Source of the DNA: Lama guanicoe
Lineage: Eukaryota
Length of the DNA: 64,000 nt
Assembly: GCA_013239625.1 (NCBI GenBank)
Contig: MU056898.1
Coordinates: 1,021,717 to 1,085,716 of the forward strand
Direction of reading: 5' to 3'
Translations under genes and position numbers: made by a program
Notes under the pieces: model-generated
What the model was told of the DNA's origin: nothing
The model's database searches: none
Seen by the model: only the letters and a program-made list of their open reading frames with translations
Part shown: one piece after another, positions 47,946 through 59,579 of the stretch
How the letters are laid out: each line of letters opens with the position of its first letter
Position numbering within the stretch: position 1 is the stretch's first letter

Positions 47946-50900
47946 GCAAGTGAGACAGGCCTCCCAGCAGTCAGGGTCTTGGAACAACACATGTGGATTT
48001 GTCCCTTGCCCCAAGCCTGTCTGGTTTTCCTGGCGAGCCAGAGCTCGAGGGCGGCCACGCTGAGTCGGGCGTGTGGGTTCCGGCTCTGTGTTCTCGGGGG
48101 CGCCCCCCTTGCCAGCACCCAGCTCACGCTGGGCACCCATTCCAGCTGAGGCTGCAGGTGTGCGTGGTCAGGCCCCTCGGGCCTGTGTGGTGGGGGTCGT
48201 AAGACTTCAGGGACTGCGTCGTGTTACTGTCTTAGCAAAGAGGATGCGCTTGACCAGAGAGGCCCGAGGTGAGGACAGCTGTCAAGTTCTCTTGCACCTC
48301 GTGGCCCGTGTGACATCAGCGCTGGGGTCCGGGGTTGGAGGGGGTGGGTGCTGAGGTGGGAAGGGGAGGAGTTGGCGTCCTGCACTAGAGGAAGCCCCCA
48401 GGGTGTGCGGTGTGGGGCAGGGGCACACCTGAGCCCCCCTGGCGGTGACCACACCCAGGGTCTGGCCGGTGCATGAGGGCGTGTTCCAGGCTGCTGTCTG
48501 GGAGCCTGAGCCCAGAGACACCAGCGGAGCCGCCCTCCTGCTGTGTAGCGTCCCCTGGGACAGCACTCGGCAGGGGAGGAGAAATGGAACTTTGAATTTT
48601 AAATCCTTTTAAATTCCTTTCAATTTAACAATCCTGACTGTTCCTTCTCTGCTCCTGTCGGAGAGCCAAGGGTGTTTAGTATTCTCTCATTTCTGTGCTC
48701 TGCTAATTTTATTGTCTTTCCATATTTTCTTGCCATAAATGTAACAGATTTTATTACGTATAAACCATTTTTAACATAGCCTCTCATAAAAGCCAGAGAA
48801 ATGCGGGGATTATGCCTTGCCAGCCCGCAGAACACTTGTCCTTCTGCTTTTAAGCGTTTGAGTCGAGGCTGTCTCGGTGCCTTCCTGAAATGCCCGACCA
48901 GGGCTCGCAGGCCCCGGAGGAGCTGTTGCCGTGAGCGCTGGCTGGCTGCAGGGGCCACAGCGGAGAGGTGAGACGCGGCCCACTCCGGGTCCTGCCTGTG
49001 CACCGTGGCCATGGGATTCCCAGGCTCCTCCCTGGCACGTTCCGTTCACGTGCAGAGACTCGGACCCCTTGCTTGGGCTCCAGTGTCTCAGCTCTGCATA
49101 CTCAGTTGCCTGCCTGACGGTGGACGGCCTTGGCGGGGTCCACTCCTGTGTGAGGCCGGACGGGAGGCTGGAGCTGCGGCTGGGAGATGCCCGCTTCTTG
49201 ATGTATCTTGGCAAGGCGCACGCCCCCAGCCCAGGACACGGTGGCGCCCGGGAGGGAAGCCCCTGGGTGCGGTCTGCACGGCGCAGCGGCAGGTCCTGGG
49301 CCCGCTTCTCGGTGGGCTGCGAGGGCAGCACGCAGTGGCCGGCCCAGGGCCTGGGGTAGCATCTGGGAGAGCTGCCCCAGATAGGCGCTGGGGCGGTCTC
49401 CTGGCCTGGGTAAGTGCCCGTGGCTGTTTTAGTCATTGACTCCGTGTGATTTATCATCGAGTATGAAATACCGTCAGAAACGAGTTTTCAGGTGGGCGCG
49501 GCCCCACGGTGCTGCGCTGCACTTACTGCGCGTGCGCCCCTCGCAGCGGCCGGAGGCCGCGGCAGGCTTGCCCCGGCCTGTCGCTGTCGCAGGTGTTTGG
49601 TTTTCCCCGTCCTGGCTGCTCTCGCACCTCGCCGTGTCCACGCCCTGTCTGGGAAGACCTAGGCTTTGCAGGCAGAGTTGGAGGCTGCATCTTGGGGTCC
49701 CAGCTGGGACTGGGGTCGCGACGCACGCAGAGCTGGGCCGGCCCCATCTGCCCCATGTTGCTGTGCTCTAGTCCAGTACTCAGACCCCTGCTCCCAGAGG
49801 AGGCTCAGAGCCCCCGCAGGAGTCGGGGTCGGGAGAGGGCAGGTGTGTCCGATCGCTGGCCGGGGGCATGCTATCGGGGCGTGCCCAGTGGGGCTGAGCT
49901 GCATGGGAGGTGAGCCTGGCCAGGACTGGCCAAGCCCGGCCCTGGCAGCGAGCCTGGCGTGCCCCCAGGAGGCTCGTGTGCTGACAGGGGAAGCTGCTCT
50001 GGGACGGAGGGGCCACTGCCAGACAGCCCGGGCTCAGGGTTCCCTGTGACAGGTTCTCTTCACTCATCTCTGGGAGGTTGGGCTGGAGATGCAGATACAC
50101 TGTGAGCCCCTGCTGGCCCCGCGGCCAGCCTCTCTGTCCCTCCGACAGTGGTGGCTGTGGACAGGACCCCGGTGGGGGCTGTCGCTGGGCTGGGGCTCCA
50201 GTGTGAGCGCCTGCCGCCCCTGCAGGCTCTCTGGGGGCTGCTGGGTCTATGTGTGCGAAACTGTTTGCTTTTCCGACCGTGGCCACTGGCCCCAGTGCGT
50301 GTCTGCTGTCTGCTTCCTCTTACCGGGGCTGAGTGTGTCTGCCTGGCCGTCCACGCGCAGACCGGGGGGCTATGGGGGTGTCGGGTTGAGGAAGCCCCTC
50401 AGGGTTCCTTGGGTGAGAGAGAGGAGGCACCTCGGGTTTCATGTCCTGGGGTTTTGTTAACCTGTCCTTGAGAAACAGGTTCTCCTCAGCAGCCTTGTCA
50501 TCGGCGGGCAGCGGAGGCTAGTGGCTGGGGAAGGGTGTTGCCAGACAGGAGTGGGCGTCCAGGCGCGCCTCACGGAGCCCTTTGGAAGCAGGGCATATGC
50601 GTCCTGCAGGCACAAGCCCGACCTTTGCACACCTGTGGAAGCACGTTCCGGGATCCCACGGTCAGACGGCCCTGCTCTGTGGCAGGCCCACTGCTCCTCT
50701 CAGGCCGTGCGTGTCCCGCCCTTCTCTGCCCCTACTCTTTCCAGCTGTCGGGCTGAGTCCCCCAGCTCGAGGCCTAGGAAGACCATCAAAGTGCTGCTCG
50801 CCACACACCAACTCCACCCCTGCAGGGCCGCCTCTCTGCCTCCCCGACGCTGGAGGGTGGGGTGGCCGTGTCGCCTCTGTGCCGGCCGGCTGGTCCCTCC

Positions 50901-51469
50901 CCCGTGATCCTGGGCCCTCTGAACATCACCCTTTTCAGAGGTGAGGCCATGAGAGGGTGCCTGTGCCACCCTGCCCGCTGGCATTTTCTGGTTCCCCTCC
51001 TTGCTACCCTCAGAAAACGTACCCCACCGGCCGTGGACGGAAGTCTGATGGAGATCAGGTTGGGAGGGAGAGGGTTTCAACAGAGCAAGGGCGAAGCAGT
51101 CACCTCCTTCTGGGCGGTTCTGGGCAGTCCTCCTGCTCCCGGGGCCCAGGAGGAGCTGGCTGGGGACTGATCCCAGCAGCCGCCTTGCTGCTTCTGGAGT
51201 TCAGGGGACACAGGGGCTTTGGCGCCTGCAGGCAGCCCGGCTGGTGGCCCAGAGTGTGGACTAGAGTGACTGCACTGGGGCTCCTGCTGGCCAGCGACCC
51301 GTGGTGGCCAAAGCTGGAGGCTGACCCTCAGCCCTCTCTCGGATGGAGGTTGACTGTTCTGTGGTCTCCAGTGAGGCCGTCAGACATGACCTGAGAGGCC
51401 TCACGTGTGCTTTGTGGAGGACTCCCTTTTTTTCCTGAGTTTTAAAAAAATTTCTTTGTATTGTTGATT

Positions 51470-52055
51470 TCAGTTTTAATTACTGTGGTCACAGAATGTG
51501 GTCTGTTTGATTCTGGTTAATCAGACAGATTTTGGAGATTTCTTTTATTAATTGGCTTAATTTTTTTAGAGCAGTTTCAGATTCACAGCAGAATTGAGAA
51601 GGAAATACAGAGTTCGCACAGAGCCCTCCCCACCCACACATGCACACTCCCCTCCCCTCAGCCTCCCTCGTCAGTGTGGCCTGTCTGGTACAGTCGATGA
51701 GCCCACATGGGCACGTTATCATCGACCAGAGTCCACAGTTCACACGAGGGCTCGCTCCTGATCTTGTGCATTGTGCAGGCTTTGACAAGTGCATAATGAC
51801 GTGTGGCCACCGCTGTAGTGTCATACAGAGTAGTTCCACTGCCCCGAAACTCCCCTGTGCCCCATCTGCTCATCCCTCCCTCTCCCCAAGCCCCTGGGAA
51901 CCATGATCTTTTTGCTGTCTCTGTAGCTGTGCCTTTCCCAGAATGTCGCTTGGTTGGAATCGTGCAGCTTGTAGCCTTTTCAGACGGGCTTCTTTCACTT
52001 AGTAATATGTCTTTTAAGTTTCTTCCTTGTCTCTCATGGCTTGATAGCTGATTTC
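51470..52055 (-). mobile_element. L1MC-like 3' end plus a short ORF2 fragment
   Basis: ttttttagagcagtttcagattcacagcagaattgag...gtagccttttcagacgggcttctttcacttagtaatatg. Confidence 0.85.
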
Positions 52056-52059
52056 TTTC

Positions 52060-52472
52060 TTTTTTTTTTTTACTGCACGTATATATTTAAATTTACATGT
52101 ACATACTATTCATTGTTTCTAAGAGCGTTTAGGGCTTTAGCTTTTTAAAATTACATAGTTATCAAAGGAATAAAGCCAGCCACAAAATAAGAAATAATTC
52201 AAAAAGATGCATACACCCTGCTATTAATGGCAACATTGTTTGTAACTGCTAAGATATGGAAGCGTCCTGAGTGCACATTAATTGTGGAATAGATAATGAA
52301 GATGCAGCGTATATGTGTATATGTGTATACACACGCGCGCACGCGCGTGCACAATGGAATACAACTCACCCATAAGAAAGGAGGATATTTTGCCATTTGT
52401 GGCCCTTCTTTCACTTTTTTTTCACTTCAAAAACCAGAATTTTATAACCAGCATAAACATTTCCATTACATC
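52060..52472 (-). pseudogene. Possible processed-mRNA 3'UTR fragment(s) with poly(A), interrupted by L1
   Basis: Poly(T) at 52060-52071 is followed by AT-rich sequence that does not look like L1 up to ~52190. A second T-run with similar sequence lies at 52415-52472. Confidence 0.4.
52192..52402 (+). mobile_element. Younger (camelid-like) L1 ORF2 3' fragment, sense orientation
   Basis: aattcaaaaagatgcatacacc...aagatatggaagc...acaatggaatacaactcacccataagaaaggaggatattttgccatttg. Confidence 0.8.
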
Positions 52473-52477
52473 AGAAC

Positions 52478-52735
52478 ATCAAAATACCTACCAATAAACT
52501 TAACCAAGGAGGTTACCTATACTCCAAAAACCAAAATGACACAAAGAAATGGAAAGATTTCTTGTGCTCTTGGATTGGAAGAATCAGCACTATCACAATG
52601 GCCACGCTGCCCAAAGCAACCCACAGATGCAACGCAACCCCCGTCAAAGTACTCGCGACACTCCTCACAGAACTAGAACAAACAACCCGAAATTTATAAG
52701 GAGCCACAGAAGACCCTGAACAGCCAAAGCAGTCT
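52478..52735 (+). mobile_element. L1 ORF2 fragment, sense orientation
   Basis: aaaatacctaccaataaacttaaccaaggagg...aaatggaaagatttcttgtgctcttggattggaagaatca...acagaactagaacaaaca. Confidence 0.85.
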
Positions 52736-52769
52736 TTTGTTTTTTTTTCCTTTCTTCTTTTTGTTCTCT

Positions 52770-54290
52770 TTTCTTGCGGTTTTTGACTAGAGAAGGCCCT
52801 TTAACATTTGTTGTAAGGCTGGCTTGGTGGTGCTGAATTCTTTTAGCTTTTGCTTGTCTGCGAAGCTTTTGATTTCTCCATCAGCTCTGAACAAGAGAGA
52901 GCCTTGCTGGACAGCGTTCTTGGTTGTAAGTTTCCCCCTGTCATCACTTTAAATATGTCCTGCCGCTCCCTTCTGGCCTGCAGAGTTTCTGCTGAAAAAT
53001 CAGCTGATGACCTTATGGGAGCTCCTTTGTATGTTATGTGTTGCTTTTGTCTTGCTAATTTTAATATTTTCCCCTTGTCCTTAATTGTTGTCAATTTGAC
53101 GACTGTGTGCCTCAGCGTGTCCCCCTGTGGGCTGATCCTGTGTGGTCCTCTCTGCGCTTCCAGGACTTGGGTGACTGTTCCCTTTCCCAGGTTGGGGAAT
53201 TTCTCAGTGATCATCTCTCCAAAAGTTTTCTCAGGTCCTCCCTCTCTCTCCTCTTCCTGGGACCCTGTAATGCGAATCTTAGTGCGCTTCGTGTTGTCCC
53301 AGAGTCCTCTAGAGCTATGCTCATCTCTTTTCATTCTCTCTTCTTTTTTCTTTCTGCAGTAGTGATTTCCGCTGATCTGTCTTCTAGCTCACTGATCCGT
53401 TCTTCCGCCTCGTTTGGCCCATTCTCGGTTCCTTCTGGTGTGTCGTTCACTCCAGTGATCGTGTCCTTCCGCTCTGGGTGTTCTTTATGTTTGCCAGCTG
53501 TTGCTAAAATCTTCGCTCCGGCGCCTGTGCTCGTCCTGAGTTCTCCGGACGTCCTGAGTCTTCGCCGTCGTTACTGGAAACTCTTGCTCAGAAGCTGCCT
53601 GTCCTCTCGTCACCTGTCTCTTCTCCTGGGGTGTTCTCTTGCGCCTTGCCCTGGCGATAGTCCTCGGCCGCCTCGCGTCTCCGTCCTTCTGCGTGCTTGT
53701 GGGCTCCTTTCACGGGCTTTGGGATTGTTGTTTTCTTTTTTTTAAATGATTTTTCACTTGTTCATTTTATTTTGGGTGGGGAGGTAATTAGGTTTTTAAA
53801 ATGTATTTCCTTTTTTTAAATGGAGGCACTGGGGACTGAACCCGGAATGTCACGCCTACCAGGCGTGGGCTCTGCCACTGAGCTCTACCTGCCCCCACCC
53901 CCCCATTGTTTTCTTATTTCTGGCATCTGCCCCTGGTGGGTGAGGCTGGGCTAGAGGCTCATGCAGGCTTCCTGGCGGGAGGAGCCGGAGCCTGCCCACT
54001 GCCAGGAGGAGCTTGGTCCTGGACCGCTGGCTGGCAGAGCCCGCCGTACCGAGAGGCCTCTGTGGCTCCGAGGCCTGCTGGTGGGCGGGGCTGTGCTCCC
54101 ACCGTGTGCTGTTTGGCCTGCAGCTTCCCCACAGGCTGGTGGCTGGGGCTGGGTCTTGGTGCTGATGATCCGATCAAGAAGTCAGCCTCCAGGAAGACTC
54201 CTGTGGATGAGCACTCCCGGAATGTCCGCCACCAGCATGTAACACGAGGCAGGCGGCCCTGCCACCCCAGCCCCGTCTGCCAGCACCACC
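52770..54290 (-). mobile_element. Cetartiodactyl L1 5' part: ORF1 plus 5'UTR, split by a SINE
   Basis: ORF 52843-53334(-) LWDNTKRTKIRITG..EKFPNLGK..KILKLARQKQHITYKGAPIRSSADFSAETLQARRERQDIFKV is clearly L1 ORF1p. GC-rich 5'UTR-like sequence follows 53915. Confidence 0.9.
53738..53905 (-). mobile_element. Camelid Vic-1-type SINE, more diverged copy, with TSD
   Basis: ggggaggtaattaggtttt...tggaggcactggggactgaaccc...ctctgccactgagctctacc; flanked by ttgttttctt at 53728-53737 and 53906-53915. Confidence 0.85.
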
Positions 54291-56119
54291 CCAGGGAAGC
54301 GTGAGGCTGTGCCAGCTTGGGGGTGAAAAATTCAGCAACAAATCCAGCACAGAGGCTCCGGGACACCAGCAGCCAACCGACCAGACTGCACTTGCAGTCA
54401 GGCGGCAGAGCAGAGCGGAGAGTTGGGGACCGGCTGGTTTGGCCCCTGGTCTGTCTGTGACCGGGGCTGACACCAATTTCCAGCCGCTGGAAGAGGCGCC
54501 ACACCCTCTGCTCACCTGGGCTTCCTCTCTGCGAGCAGGGCGGCTACCTTGCCCACCTGGTGTCCTGGGAGTGAGCTGGGCCAGAGGCAAAGCCCAGCTC
54601 CTCCGAGGACACACCCTGGAGAGAGACTCCAGCCCTCGGGGAGGAGGGCTGAGCTGAGCGACAAGTCCAGGAGGAGATTTACAGGAACACTTGGTGCTGG
54701 AAAGCTGGTCTGGAGGCAATTAAGCTTATTTCAGAGTGGTTTTGGCAGGACGTGCCAAATCGATAGGTTCCCTCCAGGCGTGTGTCCCTGCAGGTAAGGA
54801 ATCAATCAGGCGAACGCTCCCCATCTGCTCCTGCTGAGCCAAGGAGCAGGCTGTTTACCATCCACGCCCAGAAATGAATAAATAAGCCTCCAGTAGTCAG
54901 CACCCTCTGATTCTCTGGCAAAAGCTTTTAAGTGACTTCAAGAAAGCCAGTGCCCCTGCACGGCCCTCCATTAAGGCACAGATGGACGCGGAGAGCCCCT
55001 GGCTGCGCTCGTGGCTTGGGGGGAGAAGCAGCCCGACCCTGGCTCTGAGAGCCGGGAGACCTGGGGATGCAGCCGGCAGCCGGGCCTGGCCGCCACCTCT
55101 GGGCTGGAAGCAGAGGCTCTCACCACCGGGAGCCAAAATGAAGGTGCCCACTGCCCCAGCTACAGGTGCCGCAAGAGGCCTGAACCCAGGTGGGGCCCAG
55201 CGAGGAGACGGGGGAAGGATGGCAGGGGAGAGGAGCGGGCACCAGTCAACCTCGGAAAGAGACCGGGGCCATGACCCAGGTGACCGCCCACAGCTGACTC
55301 AGTGCCCAGGTGTGCAGAGCTGTGAGCCACCAGGAGGCACACAGACAGGCAGACGTGGGCTCGGCACTCCTCACAACTACAGAGGCGGGACAGGCAGGGG
55401 AGGGGATGACAGCCGACCACCTCCTGGCTGGGCCGTGCGCGGAGCCAGCGGGTGATGGCGCCCTCCCCAAGTCAGTTCACTGAATGCCCTGTGTTCTCAG
55501 GGCAAAGTTCTGACACAAAGTTTAAAGTAACTTCTGCATATTTATGAGTTCTCGCCTGTCCAAGTGCACTGAGGGACAGGCCTGGCTAACTCAGCCTGGT
55601 GACAAATCCCCTCCAAGGTAAGCGGTTCCTAATTGGCGAAGAGACAGCTTGAGGTTTCTGAGTGTGTAGCTGATTAACTGCTGGCCCTCTTGCTCAGACG
55701 AGAGGCTTCCTCAGAAGCCCCGACGCTGGGCCACGCGAGTCCTCCAGACACTGTCCTAACACCGGGTTGAGTGCCTGCCTTGGTTCCTATCCAGTGGTTT
55801 CCCGGGGCCTCTTACTGGCAGCTCTTAAAATACACTAAGGAGATAATATCGAGAGAGTCTTGACACTTGTCCAAACTTAAAATCTCAGTAAAACAGATTA
55901 CCTGAGAAGTCAGCTGAAAGCGTCTATTTAAAAGCAAGCCAGCACTCAGCTTCTTGGAAGTGGCCAATTAGCACCCAGCCTACTGTCCCTCTGCCCGCTG
56001 ACAGTCGTGGTTCTGCAGACGAGGAAAGCCAGCAGCCGTCAGCCAGTCCCTGGAAGAAAGAACGGAGCTGCTGTGTTCCCTTCCGCACAGCGCGGCCCGG
56101 CCAGGCAGGGGGAGCCCTG

Positions 56120-56250
56120 CCTTCCAGCTGGACGGTCGCGAAGTCACCCCCTCGGGCTCCTCATCTGGGAAGTGGGGGACGCGCCCTCTGATGGACTCCT
56201 GGAGCTGCGAAGATGGAGTGCATTAATGAGAGTAAGGCACACGTAAGAAA
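56120..56250 (+). mobile_element. MIR fragment
   Basis: aagtcaccccctcgggctcctcatctgggaagtgggg...taatgagagtaaggcac. Confidence 0.45.
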
Positions 56251-59200
56251 GGACTTGAAGGGTGATCCACTGACCCAGAACTCCTACAAAAAAGCAACTC
56301 ACACAGGCTCCCAGTTCACTGAGCCCAGATGCAAATTAAAATGAGGACTATGAAGCGAGCAGCTTCAAATTTTTTGAATTTGAAATAAATGAAGGCCCAG
56401 GCAGTCAGACACGGGCACACGGGAGAAGCAGCAGAGACACAGGGCAGGGTGGACCCTCACCCCGCTGAGTGCTCACGCAGGCGCGCCCGGTCCCACACAG
56501 GGCTGTCAGGAGGGGTGAGGGGCGGGACGAGGGGTGGCAGTGAACGGATGCCAGGCACAGCTCTGCTCTGAGCACCCAGGTGTGAGGAGGCCCGGGACGG
56601 CGCCCAAGGACCGCCTGCTACTGCCACTCACGGTTTCAAACACACAGGTTTAGCAAGTCACTCACTGCTGCACGGAGGTGGTGACGCCGTCTCGTGGCAG
56701 CACTGGCTGCATCACCGCCCCGTGCGGGTGGTGTGTGGGGCCGGGCGGCGCAGCAGCTATGCGGGCCCCCTCCGGCTGGGGCTTCATTAGAAACCACGGA
56801 CCTCGAAATAAATCACCCCAACCTCACACCACCGGGCAGATCAGCTGATGAGCTATTGCCGTGTGTCAAACGAACGCTGAACGAAGAAGGAGGCTCTGTA
56901 AGAAAGCGGTTCACTTGAGTAACGACGCAGGCTCCACAAAGGCAGGCCCGGGACCGCGTTTCAGGAAAGGGCACGGGGCCAGGATCAGGAAGTCCAGACC
57001 CCTGCTTCGGGGCCCCACCCCACCCACTGACGCTCCCTCCCTTGGGGCGGCCATAGCTCGTGCCACCAGGAGCCGTCCATTCGGGCAGGACACGGGCTGA
57101 CAGCCGCTGTGGCAGGAGCTCGCCCTGTGCTGCTGCGAGTGGGGCCCAGGTCCCCGGTCGGAACCCCGAGGAGAACGCACCCCTGCCCTGTCCGTGTGTA
57201 CGACGTGGTGGGAGACTGACACGGGCGATGGGGGGTTTTGGAAGGGGCTGCAGAACACACAGAAGGGGCTCTGGGAGCATGGCTGGGGCGCCTCGTTCAG
57301 TTACCGGGGACACAGAAATTCACACAGAGAGGCTGGGGGCCAGGAAAGGACAGCTGGCAGGACCGACAGGGAGCCGGCCTGGAGGCCTGGAGTCCTGTAG
57401 GCTTCATCCTGCGAGCAAGCCCAGAAGACGGGGTGGCACCAGCTGCCTGTGACAGACTCTTCCCGCTGCAGTGGACATGGGCGCAGGCAGCTCCAGGAGG
57501 AGAGAGAAGGGCGGTGGGGCTGGGGTGGGAGCACAGAGCGGGGGCAGCGGGCTGTGGACAGAGGTGTTCAGGACCAGCACCACCGCGATGGGGGAGGGGG
57601 GGGGGGCTGAGGGGGCCAGACCGTGGGAGGACGGGGTGCAGCTGGGGAGAGGAGCCCTGCGACCTCACCCATAAGGGTCCGCAGCCCACGAGAGAAAACA
57701 CTTGTGCCCACCACGGCACCCCGACAGGCCCACCCCCTCCGGGCAGCTGCCTGGACAACAGGCCAGTCACCGTGGCTCTCGGTGATGGAGGCCCGTGGCG
57801 CTGGCGAGGAAAAGGCCCCGTGGGGACAGCAAAGTCTGGAGGGGACAGGGTCCCCACACGCCCCGCTGCCCTGGAGGACACGGCTGGCCCAGGAGCATCG
57901 ATCAAGACAGCAGGGCAGAGTGAGAGCGCTGGGGGCTGCCCTGAACCGTCCGAGCGGTGGCCAGCAGCCTTCAACTCTCTGACTGGCACCTGGGGACCAG
58001 GATGCTTCCCAGCCCTGCTGGGTAATTATAACCAAGGCCTGTCAAGCTCCTGACACACACTTGCCAGATGAAATGCATTTTTAATCATATTCATCAGATA
58101 GGAGAAGGTACTGGGGTGACTTCAATTCTCAGTAAATTCTCTGGTTTGGGCCAAAGAACTGGCCTGGCTCCTCTCCTGCCGGGCGCTTCAGTGGCGGCTG
58201 AAGCATTTCCCAAATTGTTTCCAAATCAATTTGGTTTTTGTGAAGCCAAGTGATTATTCCACTCTGCATATCTTCTTTCCAGTCCTCTGCTCCCAGACTA
58301 TCTCACACTTCTGTAACTGAGCGGCCTTTGTCACCAGCTGGCTCCACCACCTCCTGGTGCCAGGAGCGCTGCTCATCTCACCAGACGGCTCTGCCAAAAA
58401 ACTCAGCTGTCCCAGGTGCCAGCTACTGTGTGGGGCGCGACCCTGGACCCTCCCAGGGCCGGGGGTGTCGGTGGTGGGAGGTTAGGGGCCGTGCGCGCCC
58501 CGGGACCTTGCCAGGTCAGCTCTCACAGAGCAGTCTGCTCACCAGGAAGGGGCTCTCGGAAACCAAAACCCATTAAGACTCTTCGAGAAAACGACAGTTG
58601 GGCACAGCTCAGATGGCCTCTGCGAGGGGAACTGTTCCATCAGGAGTCCCCCACAGAGCACACGTGAGGCCTCGAGTCGTGTCTGGCAGCCTTGCTGGAG
58701 ACGACAGCACGGTTAGCCGCCATCCGAGAGAGGGCTGAGGGTCAGCCTCCAGCCTCGCCATCACGGGTCGGTGGCCAGCCACAGCCACCTGTTAGCTCTC
58801 AGCTCATGGGAGCGGCGTGAGTCGGACACTGTGCTTAGACTGTAAGTGGCAGTTTTCAAATAGCTGGAAATATTCCTTGAACTTTTTTAAGTAGAAGAGA
58901 CAGGGAGGTTGTACACGGGTGCTCCGATTTTTCACCTAGGTGTGCACCTGTGCGCCCTGCGCCCTGTCAGGATTTAGAATAGTCTCAGCCCCTGGAGGTC
59001 CCCTCGTGCCCCGGGCGTCTGCTCCTGGGGGCTCCTCTCCCGTGGGTGGGGCAGCCTGAGACCAGCACCGAGTGTGGGCCTGAACTTGGGCCTCATCCTG
59101 CCGGCTGGGAGCGGGAGCGACACGACACCCCCTGCAGTCACGGGGGACCAGCCCCTCTGAGGCTCCCGCCTCGTTCTGCCTGAACCAAGGCTGTTGGGTG

Positions 59201-59579
59201 GCCGTAGATGTTCTTGCATTTTCTCTCTACTTCTCATTTAATTACTTAAATTAAAAATTAGAACGGTGGCGATGGCTCATTGCACCGCCTTGGGTGACGT
59301 CACCGTGAGCTGGCGGCAGCCTCTCTCCCACCAGGGCCATCACTTTTGACGGCTGGGGGTTTTGTTTTCCGGACTTTTCCCTCAGTTTTCATCTGTAGGT
59401 GACTCTCCCTGCCCTGTCTCTGCCGCCTCTACTCCGTCCGTCCGTCTGTCTGCATGGCTCTGTGGGTCCCTGTGGCACTGGCCAGTGCCTGGCAGTTGCC
59501 TTGACGCTGCGGATAGCACAGGAGGATCCCTGGCTTCACGGAGCTCACAGGCCAGCAAGGGAGGCAGGACAGAAATAGT

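Noticed and set aside
52843-53334. 163-aa ORF considered as a domesticated gene (L1TD1-like)
   Set aside because: It is a partial L1 ORF1p that drifts out of frame at its C-terminus and is embedded in continuous L1 sequence.
54790-55625. Strong donor-like motifs CAG|GTAAGG (~54793) and AAG|GTAAGC (~55617)
   Set aside because: I found no convincing paired acceptor or MAD1-like coding sequence, and isolated donor motifs are common.
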